From IMG/VR virus record IMGVR_UViG_3300036975_000041, positions 1-36,187 of that record: DNA of 36,187 bases. The stretch is one strand, 5' to 3'. The notes under the pieces were generated by a model. It saw only the letters and a list, made by a program, of their open reading frames with translations, did not search any database and was not told the DNA's origin. Each line of letters begins with the position of its first letter. Position 1 is the first letter of the stretch. Both the position numbers and the translations under genes were made by a program. This stretch comes from a virus. Its lineage: Duplodnaviria; Caudoviricetes. Positions 1 to 10,900 of this stretch are shown here, piece by piece.

Positions 1-470
1 TGTATGAAGACGGGGACACTGTATATAATGTAACAAGGGAGTCTTTACTTGATATGTTTCCAGGCGGGGACGCTTTGGTAACTGAACAACCTATGGTATT
101 GCAAGCAGATAAGGTAATATTTGATTTAGTAATGCCAACAAGTATAGTGCCTGCACGCATACCAAGTTGGGGAGGGGAATCTGAATTTCCTAACATTTTG
201 AAGTATACGGCATTAGGAACAGATACAAAAACGGTTGGTGAATGGGTGGATTCTTTATGTGAAATCTGGTATAGTAGCTCTTTAAATGAAGTTCAAATCT
301 ATTCAAATGTAATAAATAACACTTGGTTGCAATTTCATCTTGTAAGGGCTTTTGTTTTAGAATTTACAATGGCTAATCATGGAAGCTTATCGAAGAATAC
401 TGAGTATATAACTGTCGATGTCGCTGAAACTCGCAGGAGTGGCGGTGGATGGACTAAATTACAACCATAA
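1..470 (+). CDS. Virion/tail-associated protein, probably 5'-truncated by the window edge
   Basis: The frame of ORF 54..470 is open back to position 3 (YEDGDTVYNVTRESLLDM...); its stop overlaps the next start; tail-module context. Confidence 0.55.
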   Translation, partial: YEDGDTVYNVTRESLLDMFPGGDALVTEQPMVLQADKVIFDLVMPTSIVPARIPSWGGESEFPNILKYTALGTDTKTVGEWVDSLCEIWYSSSLNEVQIYSNVINNTWLQFHLVRAFVLEFTMANHGSLSKNTEYITVDVAETRRSGGGWTKLQP

Positions 471-1597
471 TGACATTCCCTTTGAAAATAGTAGGACTTT
501 TGAAAAGTAAAGTCGAACCTGTTGATCAAATTGTAATAACAACAAATCAAAGTAGTTTACAAACTGTTGGTATTACTCTTGCATTCTCAACGGGAACGTT
601 AACAGTTGATTGGGATGACGGATCAGCAAATGAGAATTTCACAACAGGAGTTGAAAAAACAAAAAACTACGCTGGTACAGGTACTTATGAGATAAAAATT
701 TCAGGTGATTTAACTGAAATAACCAGATTTATTGCTGACAATAGTAGAATAACAAGTATTACAGGGCTAAAGACAGGATTATTAACTGATTTCAGGATAA
801 ATGACAACTTGTATTCTGGCACATTAGATATGTCAAATGCACCAGTTAGTGGCTTATTTCATATTCACGTAAATGCGGGTTTATCTGGAATTATATCTGC
901 AAGTTCAGGAAATGGCACCCTGAACGATGTTAGGTTATATGGGACTTCCATAACATCGTTAGATTTAAACACTCCTGATATACCTATAAGCGGTATATTT
1001 TTTGGACCAAACAATGCTAGCTTTACCAGTATTTCATTCGCTAGTTCTGGTAATGGTACTTTGACCTATTTTACGATGAGTTCTACAGGTTTAACATCGT
1101 TAGATTTAAACACTCCTGATATACCTATAAGTGGTATATTTTCAATAAGAAATGGAAGCTTAACATCGATTGATTTTGCGAATGCTGGAAATGGGTCAGT
1201 TTCACAAATGTATTTAGACAATAACGATTTAATATTTATAGATTTTAAAGATATTTCATTTGCAGGAATCACTAGATTATGGATATATTCTAATTTTACT
1301 CTAGGTGATATAGACATTAGTGGAGTTTCTGGAAATATTAATTCATTTAGAGGATATAGTTGTGATTTGACTAATATCGATTTTTCTGGATTAAGTACTC
1401 CGATAAATCCGGAGGTAAGTATTCAAAGTAATAACATGACATCAACAGAAGTTGACGATCAAATAATTAATCTTGACAATACAGGATGGATTAATGGAAT
1501 CCTTAATATTGCGGGAACAAACGCAGCAAGAACAAGTGCAAGCGATACGGCTTATAATAATTTAATTGCAAATGGTTGGACAATAACAGTTAATTAA
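470..1597 (+). CDS. Putative tail fibre/adhesin with N-terminal PKD-like segment and LRR-like solenoid repeats
   Basis: TVDWDDGS...KNYAGTGTYEIKISG (PKD-like), then repeated 'lTSLDLntPdiPISGIF...tSIsFAssGNGTL' units and C-terminal 'AYNNLIANGWTITVN'. Confidence 0.6.
   Translation: MTFPLKIVGLLKSKVEPVDQIVITTNQSSLQTVGITLAFSTGTLTVDWDDGSANENFTTGVEKTKNYAGTGTYEIKISGDLTEITRFIADNSRITSITGLKTGLLTDFRINDNLYSGTLDMSNAPVSGLFHIHVNAGLSGIISASSGNGTLNDVRLYGTSITSLDLNTPDIPISGIFFGPNNASFTSISFASSGNGTLTYFTMSSTGLTSLDLNTPDIPISGIFSIRNGSLTSIDFANAGNGSVSQMYLDNNDLIFIDFKDISFAGITRLWIYSNFTLGDIDISGVSGNINSFRGYSCDLTNIDFSGLSTPINPEVSIQSNNMTSTEVDDQIINLDNTGWINGILNIAGTNAARTSASDTAYNNLIANGWTITVN
951..1142 (+). repeat. Intragenic direct repeat, 51 bp x2 (951-1001 and 1092-1142), 1 mismatch, period 141 bp
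   Basis: taacatcgttagatttaaacactcctgatatacctataag(c/t)ggtatatttt read at both positions. Confidence 0.95.
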
Positions 1598-1598
1598 T

Positions 1599-1967
1599 AT
1601 GAAAAAATTAATAATAATACTATTTTTAACACCTATTTTGGCAATAAGTCAAAAAAACAAGCCATTTATTCCAAAGGACAAGATTTTTCACCTATCCGCC
1701 GGATGTTTAATTTCTGAAACTGCTTACATTCCTTATTACTCTGGAAATTGGGATTTTAGAACTTCTACAAAGGTTGCTTTTTGGGGTAGTATTACCATAG
1801 CCTGTTATAAGGAAATGGCAGATAGTTACGGTCAAACTGGTTGGAGTTGGAATGATATTGGATGTACAATGGCTGGAAGTTTGACGACAATAGGAGTCAA
1901 TTATGTAATTCACAAGTTTAAAAAAAGAAAGCATAAAAAACAAATAAAAACACTAGTAGAATTTTGA
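1599..1967 (+). CDS. YfiM/DUF2279-like membrane protein with signal peptide
   Basis: MKKLIIILFL signal-like N-terminus; DKxxH...KExxD...SWxD motif pattern; hydrophobic helices. Confidence 0.55.
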   Translation: MKKLIIILFLTPILAISQKNKPFIPKDKIFHLSAGCLISETAYIPYYSGNWDFRTSTKVAFWGSITIACYKEMADSYGQTGWSWNDIGCTMAGSLTTIGVNYVIHKFKKRKHKKQIKTLVEF

Positions 1968-2443
1968 GTACAATAGATGCCATAGTAAAAGAAGTAGAAA
2001 AGTTTAATGAATCAATAATTGAGGCGTTAAATGTAAAAGGTATTTCAGATACAGGAGAAGCCGCAAGGTCATTGCGCATTGAATATGGAAAAGATTTTGT
2101 TCGCTCAATAGGTGTATTTTATTTGGAATTTCTTGATACTGGTCGAGGGCCAGGGAGATGGCCACCTTATGAGCCAATATCCAGGTGGGTGTCAAGTAAA
2201 CTTGGAATAAATAAACAGAATCCTAAACATGAGAGTGTAGTTTATTTTGTAAGAAAAAAGATTGCTGACTTAGGAACTCAAATATTTATACATCGGCCAA
2301 ATGAGGGTATAGAATTAGACAAAAAAATTGTAACTTTGCGTGAGAACTTACGAAAAGTAGTTACTGAATCGGTAGTTTACGATATAAGGCAAAAATTGGA
2401 TAGATTTAAAAAAATACATAAACAAAACCAATATAAGATATAA
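1964..2443 (+). CDS. Putative neck/tail-completion (virion morphogenesis, HK97 gp10-like) protein
   Basis: DTGEAARSL and YLEFLDTGRGPGRWPP motifs typical of phage neck proteins; TTG start overlapping the upstream stop. Confidence 0.55.
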   Translation: MSTIDAIVKEVEKFNESIIEALNVKGISDTGEAARSLRIEYGKDFVRSIGVFYLEFLDTGRGPGRWPPYEPISRWVSSKLGINKQNPKHESVVYFVRKKIADLGTQIFIHRPNEGIELDKKIVTLRENLRKVVTESVVYDIRQKLDRFKKIHKQNQYKI

Positions 2444-2466
2444 TGGCAACTTAAAAATAAATAAAA

Positions 2467-2844
2467 ATGGCACTATCAGCACAAAGTACAAAGATTAGCA
2501 TTAATTCAAGTAAACTACCATCGGGATATACAGATCCAGGCGGAACCAATTTGAGCGATGCACAGCCAAAGTATGAGAATTTGGCACTATCAGTATTGAA
2601 AGCAACTGTAGAAAATGCAACAAAGTCGACTACATTTGACAATATAAGGACTGATGCAACTATAGGAATTGAAAAGCAAATAGCCGATAAGTTAGGAGCT
2701 GAAATGGACGACGCTGCAAATACGGTTACTTATAATATCGATTGGAAAGATATTAGAAATAACCAAACATTTGCAACTGAATTCTACACTGATACCGCAG
2801 AGGCTTATATCTGCATAGTTGATGTTTATATAGTTATAACTTAA
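2467..2844 (+). CDS. Hypothetical virion structural protein
   Basis: 125 aa ORF, MA- start, coupled to the downstream tail genes. Confidence 0.5.
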   Translation: MALSAQSTKISINSSKLPSGYTDPGGTNLSDAQPKYENLALSVLKATVENATKSTTFDNIRTDATIGIEKQIADKLGAEMDDAANTVTYNIDWKDIRNNQTFATEFYTDTAEAYICIVDVYIVIT

Positions 2845-3815
2845 TGGCAGTTAGTTTAGTAACATATCCGGTTATCACAAGTTCAGGCAAGGTTAGAAAT
2901 ATCTTTGCTGGGTTTGCGCCTGTTGAATTAGAATTTAAAAGAGAAGATATTCAAATTGTTTCTATTTCTTCAGGTACAGATAACAGGATTGTTATTTCGG
3001 TAAGTGGTGACATTACAGGAAGTTTGAGCGTTAATGAGTGGATTTATTACTATGCCGAAGGAACAACACATACTTATGAGGGTGTTTTTCAGGTATATGA
3101 CATAAATTATTCTGCTCCAAATACCCTAATTGAGTTGAATGAGCAGTACATTGAAGCTGCTACAACCGGGTATGTGAATTATAAACAAAATTGGTATTTA
3201 GAAAGCAAATTAGTTTCACCGGATAACAGCTTAATCCTGAAATATCCACAAGTCTTACAAAACGATGGAAGTCCAGACGGTGTTGTGGAGGTTAATACTT
3301 CAATGATTGTTGACTTCTTAGAAAATCAAATAGAAACAACAAGTCAAGAAATAACAGATTCCAGGGATGAATGTTTAGTAATGTATAGGGAAGTTTGGCG
3401 TGAGGATGATACACAAAGTTTTACCTTAGTTGACCAGGAGTTTATAATTATAATTTATGCCGCCGAAGATTCAGAAATTGAAAGTTTTGTTAATAAATTT
3501 GACTACCCACGAATGTACGAAGGTTATCCGTTCATGCTTAATATGCTGCATTCTTTGGAAAATGAATCAGCAAAAAGAATTTCAATAACTTTTGACGAAC
3601 AAAACATAAACGGAACAGATATAACCAATGATAATCCATTAATTAATTTTGAAAATGAAGATTTTGGAATTTTACAGGCTAATTTTGCGGACAATGTAAA
3701 TCCAATTAACAGCGCAACAAGATTTATAACTTTCAACATGAACTCAATTAGTGAACCTGATTACTTGACAGGAGACTATAACGACAATGATTATTTAACA
3801 ATTAATACACCTTAA
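2844..3815 (+). CDS. Putative tail-tip/baseplate structural protein
   Basis: 323 aa acidic beta-rich ORF, translationally coupled within the tail operon. Confidence 0.5.
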   Translation: MAVSLVTYPVITSSGKVRNIFAGFAPVELEFKREDIQIVSISSGTDNRIVISVSGDITGSLSVNEWIYYYAEGTTHTYEGVFQVYDINYSAPNTLIELNEQYIEAATTGYVNYKQNWYLESKLVSPDNSLILKYPQVLQNDGSPDGVVEVNTSMIVDFLENQIETTSQEITDSRDECLVMYREVWREDDTQSFTLVDQEFIIIIYAAEDSEIESFVNKFDYPRMYEGYPFMLNMLHSLENESAKRISITFDEQNINGTDITNDNPLINFENEDFGILQANFADNVNPINSATRFITFNMNSISEPDYLTGDYNDNDYLTINTP

Positions 3816-3816
3816 T

Positions 3817-4638
3817 ATGGCTGGTAAAAGTAGAACAGAATTAAAAACACAAACAGATAGCGCATTAACGGCTGTATTAACGCTATCAACACATCGATCG
3901 TATCTTAAAGATGATATGATTGAGAGTGCAGTTCTTAGAAAAGATGTAATAGCAAGCCAAACACCTTCAGGCGGAAACGTGGCTGTTGATTTTTCTTCAA
4001 AAGACCTTTGCACGGTAACGACTACAGGAAATTTGAGTGTTTCATTCTTAGGAATGGACAATGGAGATGTGAAGTATCTGGCAATAACTAAGAATGCTGG
4101 CAATACTATTTCATTCACAGGCTCGACTGATGTAAGCCCACGCCGTGACTATATAGATGCAACTGCATTAACCGTGATTTACAAAGTAGCCAATAAAAAC
4201 GGCACTATTTGGGTATGTGCAATAAGTATTGATTTTGATTTCCAGCCTGATTTGGATGCACTTGAAACCTCACTTACAAGCTATATAGACAATGAAATAT
4301 CGACTGCAACTGATGATTTAATAACCGTGGCTTTGCCAATTGGCGCATGGGATATGGACGCCAATAGCAGTGTAAATGTTAGCTATACTATCCCTTCAGG
4401 TAAAAAAATTATAGGATTACAAGTAGTCATTTTTAACGATGTAAATAACGATAGTCATCCACTTAATCATGTAAATGGACTTCCATCAAATGCAAATGTG
4501 CAGGGTGGATTTGCATACAGGGTAAGTTCAACAAGATTTGAATTAAGTAGATTAACAAGTGGTTTTTTTGATTCAACACTATATGATGACACCGGAGTAA
4601 ATAGAGGTTATATAACTTTTTATCTAGTTGATGTGTAA
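3817..4638 (+). CDS. Putative tail fibre-related protein
   Basis: Segment GNVAVDFSSKDLCTVTTTGNLSVSFLGMDNGDVKYLAITK resembles the C-terminal domain of ORF 35303..36106; tail context. Confidence 0.5.
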   Translation: MAGKSRTELKTQTDSALTAVLTLSTHRSYLKDDMIESAVLRKDVIASQTPSGGNVAVDFSSKDLCTVTTTGNLSVSFLGMDNGDVKYLAITKNAGNTISFTGSTDVSPRRDYIDATALTVIYKVANKNGTIWVCAISIDFDFQPDLDALETSLTSYIDNEISTATDDLITVALPIGAWDMDANSSVNVSYTIPSGKKIIGLQVVIFNDVNNDSHPLNHVNGLPSNANVQGGFAYRVSSTRFELSRLTSGFFDSTLYDDTGVNRGYITFYLVDV

Positions 4639-5063
4639 TGGCTTTACTATCGACAAAAACATGTAAATATATACGTCCTGATTCAGTTGACGATCCGAAT
4701 GCTGAATTGTACGAGTATTTTTTGGTCTGGTTAAGCCCAGACGGGGGTGTTTATTGCTGGTTGTTTGAAGATTTTGAGCTAAAAAAGGATATAAACAGCG
4801 AAATAATCAACACAAAAGAAAATATTACAAAGTTATATAAGAATGCAAACAGGTCAGTTGGGGTGGTTGCTGAAGACCTGACCGAAAATGAATTTGATAC
4901 ACTTTCTGACATAACCAGGGCAATAGTTGTAAGAAGATACTATAAAGATGGTACTTTTGACAGATTAGCAATAGTAACCGATAGGATCATAAAGCCAAAA
5001 TCACAATTCAGGTATAATTTAGAACTGGAAGTTGAAGAAGTTGAAGATAAGATAATGCGTTAA
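4638..5063 (+). CDS. Putative distal-tail-like structural protein
   Basis: 141 aa, WLSPDGG..CWLF motif, immediately upstream of a hub-sized tail protein; inferred from size and position. Confidence 0.4.
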   Translation: MALLSTKTCKYIRPDSVDDPNAELYEYFLVWLSPDGGVYCWLFEDFELKKDINSEIINTKENITKLYKNANRSVGVVAEDLTENEFDTLSDITRAIVVRRYYKDGTFDRLAIVTDRIIKPKSQFRYNLELEVEEVEDKIMR

Positions 5064-6787
5064 TGGCACAATTAAAGATAGATGGTAATGGAATCGAACT
5101 TGGAAGAAATAGGCTTGTTTTTTCTAAAGCTGGTTACTCATTTACTGATTGGCTAACAAGAGATATTACTTATTCTGAAAGGATAACACTTCCAGAGACA
5201 TCTTTACTTAATTCTATCTTTTTTCGGCCGTATTCTACTGAAATAACAGGACAAAAGTTCTCTAAGTTTCACACATTCAAGTATATAGAAAATGGAAAAA
5301 TAGTTAATTCCGGTGTCGCTAAATTGTTTAGGTTCAATGAGAATAAGGAATACGAAATCCAATTGTTGGATAAGAGCTTTGAATTATTTGATAACCTAAA
5401 TAACGAGCTAACTGCCCTAGACTTAGAATCTTCTGATTTTACTTTTAATACAACTAGTTATAACACCTTAAAAGTGCTTAATAGCTCTGTTTGGATTTGG
5501 TCGGCAAGTTCGATGCATCAGGATAAGACATTGGCAAAGAATATACTTTCAGGTAATTTGGCTTTTTCACGTCCATTTTTGTCTGTCAAACGATTAGTGG
5601 AGGCCATGTTTGCCGCAAATGGATGGAGTTATAATTTAGAGGTTAATTGTGATGCTTTTGATACTTTGATTGTAAGTCCTAAAGCTGAATTTGTTTTTAC
5701 ATCATTTGAAAAGTCATTCACAACTACTTTGACAACTGGAAATATTGATTTATCAAGCCCTGACTTTATAAATGGGGATACTGTTTCACCTGCAACACAA
5801 TTAAACACGACTTACAATAGTAAGCTAAGGTTTAGAGGCGATGCAGATGCAGACAATGATTTTATTCTAACTATTACAGTAACTGGTACTAAGCCATTCG
5901 TGCAGACATTCATTATAAACCAGGGTTCAAATGACTACGATCTGACAAGTAACGAAATAACCGGGGGGGATGCTGTTGTGATTTCCTTAACAGGAACAGG
6001 AAATATTGACCTTACAAGCTTCTTAATTTACACTATAATTGACGAAAACGATTTCGGCACAATGTCAAGTGCTAACTTTGCAGGATATAAAGTTAAGACT
6101 TATGACAATTTACCAGAAATCGAACAAAAAGAACTATTCAAACATTGCTTGGTAAGTATTGGAGGTTTTTTTACCTCTGATAATTTCGGCAAAAAGATAA
6201 ATATATTTTCTGTTAAGTCACTATATAGACTTGGCGCAATTGATTGGAGTAGCAAATATGTAGAAGATTCAGAAAGTGTAGAGCCTCTTGATAATTACGG
6301 AAAAGTTAACTATTATGTTTACGATAATTCAGATATCAAACCATTTAACTTAGGCCGTGGAAGTTTCCAGGTAGACAATGAAACATTACCAAATAAGATA
6401 AATGTGTATGAATCTGTTTTTGCGGCATCTTCAGAGGTTACAATTACAGATATAATGATTGATAATGATGTATACGACGATACCGAAAGGATTAATGACA
6501 TAAACACATTAATTGGGTACTATGAAGTTTCAGGTGTTTACACAGTAGCAAGATTTGAACAGCTTAACGGTAATTCAATATTATCAAATTATTATTCTAA
6601 CTTTGTAAAGGCAGTTCAAAGAGGTGAACTAGTCGAAGCTGAATTTAATTTAAACAAATCAGATTTTTTTCTTTTTGATTTCACAAAACTAATTTATCTA
6701 AACCAAAAGAAATCAACGTTTTACGTATTAGGAATAAATAATTATACTGAAAATGATAAAACAGATGTTACTTTATTACGTGTGTAG
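5063..6787 (+). CDS. Putative tail-tip/baseplate hub protein
   Basis: 574 aa; N-terminal 'TYSERITLPET..N..F' and 'IDWSSK' segments of the kind seen in Bacteroidota siphophage tail-tip proteins; context. Confidence 0.55.
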   Translation: MAQLKIDGNGIELGRNRLVFSKAGYSFTDWLTRDITYSERITLPETSLLNSIFFRPYSTEITGQKFSKFHTFKYIENGKIVNSGVAKLFRFNENKEYEIQLLDKSFELFDNLNNELTALDLESSDFTFNTTSYNTLKVLNSSVWIWSASSMHQDKTLAKNILSGNLAFSRPFLSVKRLVEAMFAANGWSYNLEVNCDAFDTLIVSPKAEFVFTSFEKSFTTTLTTGNIDLSSPDFINGDTVSPATQLNTTYNSKLRFRGDADADNDFILTITVTGTKPFVQTFIINQGSNDYDLTSNEITGGDAVVISLTGTGNIDLTSFLIYTIIDENDFGTMSSANFAGYKVKTYDNLPEIEQKELFKHCLVSIGGFFTSDNFGKKINIFSVKSLYRLGAIDWSSKYVEDSESVEPLDNYGKVNYYVYDNSDIKPFNLGRGSFQVDNETLPNKINVYESVFAASSEVTITDIMIDNDVYDDTERINDINTLIGYYEVSGVYTVARFEQLNGNSILSNYYSNFVKAVQRGELVEAEFNLNKSDFFLFDFTKLIYLNQKKSTFYVLGINNYTENDKTDVTLLRV

Positions 6788-6829
6788 TGGGTAACATTTT
6801 CAACACAAACACTATTAATATTTAGAACT

Positions 6830-7051
6830 ATGCCAAGAGAAGAAGACCTGCCTCCATCAAAAAGAGGGCAATTAGAAAATGAAATTACAAGTGAGACGCT
6901 AAAATTTCATGAAGAAGTCGGACAAAATCAACTATTTGTCCACAAAACTGATAAACAAAAGATTGATTATTTAATAACATATTTTATTAAGAATCAGTCA
7001 ATTATGAAATTACAAATTGAATACTTGCTTGAAAAAGTTTCTCAAAGATAA
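6830..7051 (+). CDS. Hypothetical protein
   Basis: 73 aa ORF with ATG after an AT-rich leader. Confidence 0.5.
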   Translation: MPREEDLPPSKRGQLENEITSETLKFHEEVGQNQLFVHKTDKQKIDYLITYFIKNQSIMKLQIEYLLEKVSQR

Positions 7052-7451
7052 CTGGATAGGACTGATTTTGTTCTTACTTTATTTCATGACCGAAATCGGG
7101 TATTTAGCTTTTTCTGAAATCCATTTTAAGACAAAGATAGTCAATGGATGTGCTAAGGAAATAATGTTAAATACTCCGGTTTACTATTTTAGTTTAGCTG
7201 TCAAGAATTTGTTTATGATTTCGGTTATTCTAATTTTAGTCTGGAAAATAAGGTCACTAAAAGCAATAACATGCGGATTGATGACATGGGATATTAGGGA
7301 GCTTTATCAAGAATTTTGTTACTTGGCTGGTTATAATGAAGATGTATTAAATATCGAAGTGGGTTTAATTGGTCAAGTATTAATAGTATGTGTTGTCATA
7401 ATAGCTGTATATGTGTTGGATTATTTCAAATCGCCTTACAAGCGGGGATAG
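7017..7451 (+). CDS. Multi-pass membrane protein, possible holin
   Basis: 3-4 hydrophobic segments and a basic C-terminus; function inferred only. Confidence 0.45.
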   Translation: MNTCLKKFLKDNWIGLILFLLYFMTEIGYLAFSEIHFKTKIVNGCAKEIMLNTPVYYFSLAVKNLFMISVILILVWKIRSLKAITCGLMTWDIRELYQEFCYLAGYNEDVLNIEVGLIGQVLIVCVVIIAVYVLDYFKSPYKRG

Positions 7452-7921
7452 GTATATTTGTAGGTCTAACGATTGTTACGTATTTTTATAATCTAAAAAT
7501 CAAATATGAAAAAATAAAGCGAATTAAGAGGATAAGACAAGGAATAAACGAATTAAAGGAACAGATTATGAGCGATAAAAAAGACTTGGAGCATGAAATT
7601 TTAGAATTAAAGATAAATAAAATCGCTTATGAAAATTCGCTAAATAATAAAGCTGTAATCGTTCAATTAAATTCAGAGTTTGAAGTCGTAAACCTGAGAC
7701 TTGACAACATAAATAAATCAGTTGATCAAACTAATTTAAAACTTGATGATTTCATAGTGGCTACAAATGAAGAAATAAAAGGACTTAAAAAAGAAATAGA
7801 ACCTTTGAAGTTAATGAAAAAGATACCTAAGTGGGGATATATATTAGCATTCATTGGGCTAACAGTAACATTGAATTTCAAGCAATTAATGGCATGGATA
7901 AATAAATTATTACCTTGGTAA
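7388..7921 (+). CDS. Coiled-coil protein with C-terminal transmembrane helix (start uncertain; ATG 7568 is an alternative)
   Basis: Heptad-rich core then WGYILAFIGLTVTL; stop 1 nt before the tape measure start. Confidence 0.5.
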   Translation: MCCHNSCICVGLFQIALQAGIGIFVGLTIVTYFYNLKIKYEKIKRIKRIRQGINELKEQIMSDKKDLEHEILELKINKIAYENSLNNKAVIVQLNSEFEVVNLRLDNINKSVDQTNLKLDDFIVATNEEIKGLKKEIEPLKLMKKIPKWGYILAFIGLTVTLNFKQLMAWINKLLPW

Positions 7922-7922
7922 A

Positions 7923-10900
7923 ATGGCAGATGAACAAATCATAGTAGATATAGAAGTTGATAGCGATGAGGTAAAGAAAGCTGAAAAACGCATTGACGAA
8001 CTTACTGATTCTATTGAAGAATTAGCAGCAAAAATAAAAGATGCGAAAAATAGAAATGCTGAATTTCAGGCAAAAGTAAATAAATTAAATGATGAACTTG
8101 CGGATGGCAATATAACTATAGAAGAAAGGAATAAAGAATTAGAAAAATTAATAAAACAGCAACATAAAGATAATGTATTTATAGCCGAATCAACAGTTGA
8201 GCTTCAAAAGCAGAAACGAGAAAGAACGGCAAACATAAAGGTTATACAATCTGAAGAAAATAGCAGGGAAAGATTAAGACAAAGGGTAGCATTGCTAACA
8301 AAGGAATACAACTCCCTTAATTTAGAAACTGTTGAAGGGCGCAAACGTTCCGAACAATTACAAAAAGAACTCAAACAACTCAATGAGGAATTAAACGAAG
8401 GCTCAAAAGCAGCCGGAAATTTCAAAGATAATATCGGTAACTATCCTGAAGCTGCTGAAGGTGCAATAATAAGTTTACAGGGCGTTGGTGACGGCATGGA
8501 ACAGGTAGGTGGTTCTTCTGCACAGGCTGTTGGTGGTATAAAAACATTGGGTAATGCATTTAAAGCCTTATTAGCTAATCCTGTTGTTTTAGTTTTGGCA
8601 GCTATTGTTGCTGGGCTATCTGCTTTATTTAGTGCATTTAAAAAGTCGGCATCAGGTGCTAGGATAATGGACAAGGCTAGTGCTGTTCTTGATGGGACAA
8701 TGGCTGTATTGACCAAAAAAATGAATGAATTAGGAGAGGCAGCCGAACAGTCGTTCAAAAAGGGTGAAGATGGGACTGTAGGTTTTTGGGAGGCGCTAAA
8801 AAAGAACGTGGTCTATAAATTTCAGTCAGTAATTGAATTATTCAAAGCTGTAGGAGACGGGTTAAAAGCACTTTGGGAAGGCAATACAGAGGCTATCGAA
8901 AAAGCATCAGAAAAAGCAAAAGAGGCTCTAATAGGGATAGTTACAGGACAAACTTCTGAACAATTAGAGAAAATAGCAGATAAATTTAAAGAGACTGCAA
9001 AAGAAGCCAATGAATTAACACAAGCGTTCTTAAAATTGGCAGATGCCCAATTAAAAGGCCGTGCATCCGCAAGAAACTTAGAAAAAGGAATTGCCCAAAC
9101 AAGTGCAGAATTAGAACGCTTAACAGAAATTGCGGGGGATGATACCAGAGCAATGAGCGAACAAAGGGAGGCCGCAATTAAGGCTGGTGAAGTCGCTCAA
9201 AAATTAGCAATGCAGGAAAAAGCATTAGCGGGTACAAGATTAGCATTAATTAATCAAGAGGTTGCTGTAAGGCGTAGTGCAGGTCAAGATATTCAGGATT
9301 TACTAGACGAACAGGCAGATGCTTATTTGGCATATGTTGACGCTCAAAGCCGTGCAGCAGTTGCAGCTCAAAAGATAGCAATAGAGCAAAGAAAAATAGA
9401 AAGGGATATATTTGAGCAAAATCTTGATATTCTTATAGATGTTGGTGATAAGATAAAAACAGAAAGGGAAAAACAAATCCAGGATGAAAGCCTATCACTG
9501 GACAAAAGAAAGCAATTGCTTGAAGGTGCCAGGGCTGCATTAGAGGCTAATTTTGACGCTATAAAAAAAGAATACGAATTATACGGCGTTACAGCAGAGC
9601 AGATTAATGAAGTCATTTCTGCCAGCGATGCAAAACAAGCAAATGAAAAATTAAAAGCACTAGGATTAAATGAAATAGCAAACAATAGACTACGTGAAAT
9701 AATACTCGAAAGGAGACAGGCCGAACTTGATTTTAATGATCTTCAAAAAGACTTATCAGATGAAGAAATTTCCAGAAAAGAAAAAGCAAACGATAAGATT
9801 CAGCAAATAAATGAAGACAGGATATTATCACAAATAGATAATGAAGAAGAGCTAAAAAATAAGTTAATAGAATTAGAAGAAGCGAAAAGAAAATCATTAT
9901 TACAAAGCAAAATACTTACTAAAGAAGAAAGGCAGGCTATATTAGAAAACGAAACATTAACCGATGATGAGAAAAAAACTCTTTTAGAAGATAAAACCCT
10001 ACTTGAAGAAGAAAAACAGGCTATTATCCTTGAATCAGAAGAAAAAATAAAGGAAATTGAGAATGAATTTGCTGATAAAAAAGAAGAAAAAGAAAAAGAA
10101 AAATTAAAAAGGCGCAAAGAACTTATACAAGAAAGCCTGGATAATATTGTTTCTATAACTGAAAAGTTCGCAGGCAAAGAGGCTGCTTTATTTGGGAAAA
10201 TAGCCGTAAATATTGGTAAAGCTTTTGAGGATGGAAAATTAACAGCTACAGAGGCAATCAACGGTATTACTTCTATTACACAAGCTTCTTTTGATGCTAT
10301 TCAAGAGCGTAGGGATATTGACTTACAAAATATAGAATTAAAGCGCCAAAAAGAATTAGAACTTGCAGGAGACAATTTAGAGGCACAAGTTGAAATCAAT
10401 CGAAGATACGACCGTGAAGCAGCTGTAATTAAGCTAAAACAGTTTAAAGCAGACAAAGCAAAAGCACTTGTTGATATTGCTATTCAAACAGCTGTTGCAG
10501 TTGTAAAGGCATTACCTAATGTCCCATTGTCTATCACTATTGGTGCGCTTGGTGCGGTACAGGCTGGCATAGTTGCAAGCAAGCAACCTCCTAAATTCAA
10601 AAAAGGTGTTAACGATATTGTTTCAATTGGAGGATCACACGAATCAGGCAGGGATGTTGATGTGTTTGGAGTTTCAGGAAATCAAACACAATATTTTGGT
10701 AAAGTAGAAAAAGGTGAAGTCATGCCAGTAATCAGGAAAAGTGCAATTAATGATTATATGATTGCAAAATTAAACGGGTCTTTTTCTCCAAATAAAAGAA
10801 TTTTCCAAACTGGAACACCTGATATTACGAATGTAAACCAACAGAGTTTATCAGCAGAAGATATTGCGGCAGCATTTAAATTAATAAACCTTAGCGTTAA

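Noticed and set aside
951-1142. Possible DGR template/variable repeat pair in a fibre gene
   Set aside because: The only mismatch is C/T rather than at adenines, both copies are in frame in one gene, and no reverse transcriptase is visible.
8204-10261. Several antisense ORFs within the tape measure gene
   Set aside because: Ser/Phe/Leu-rich shadows of a Glu/Lys-rich sense gene, with no independent signals.
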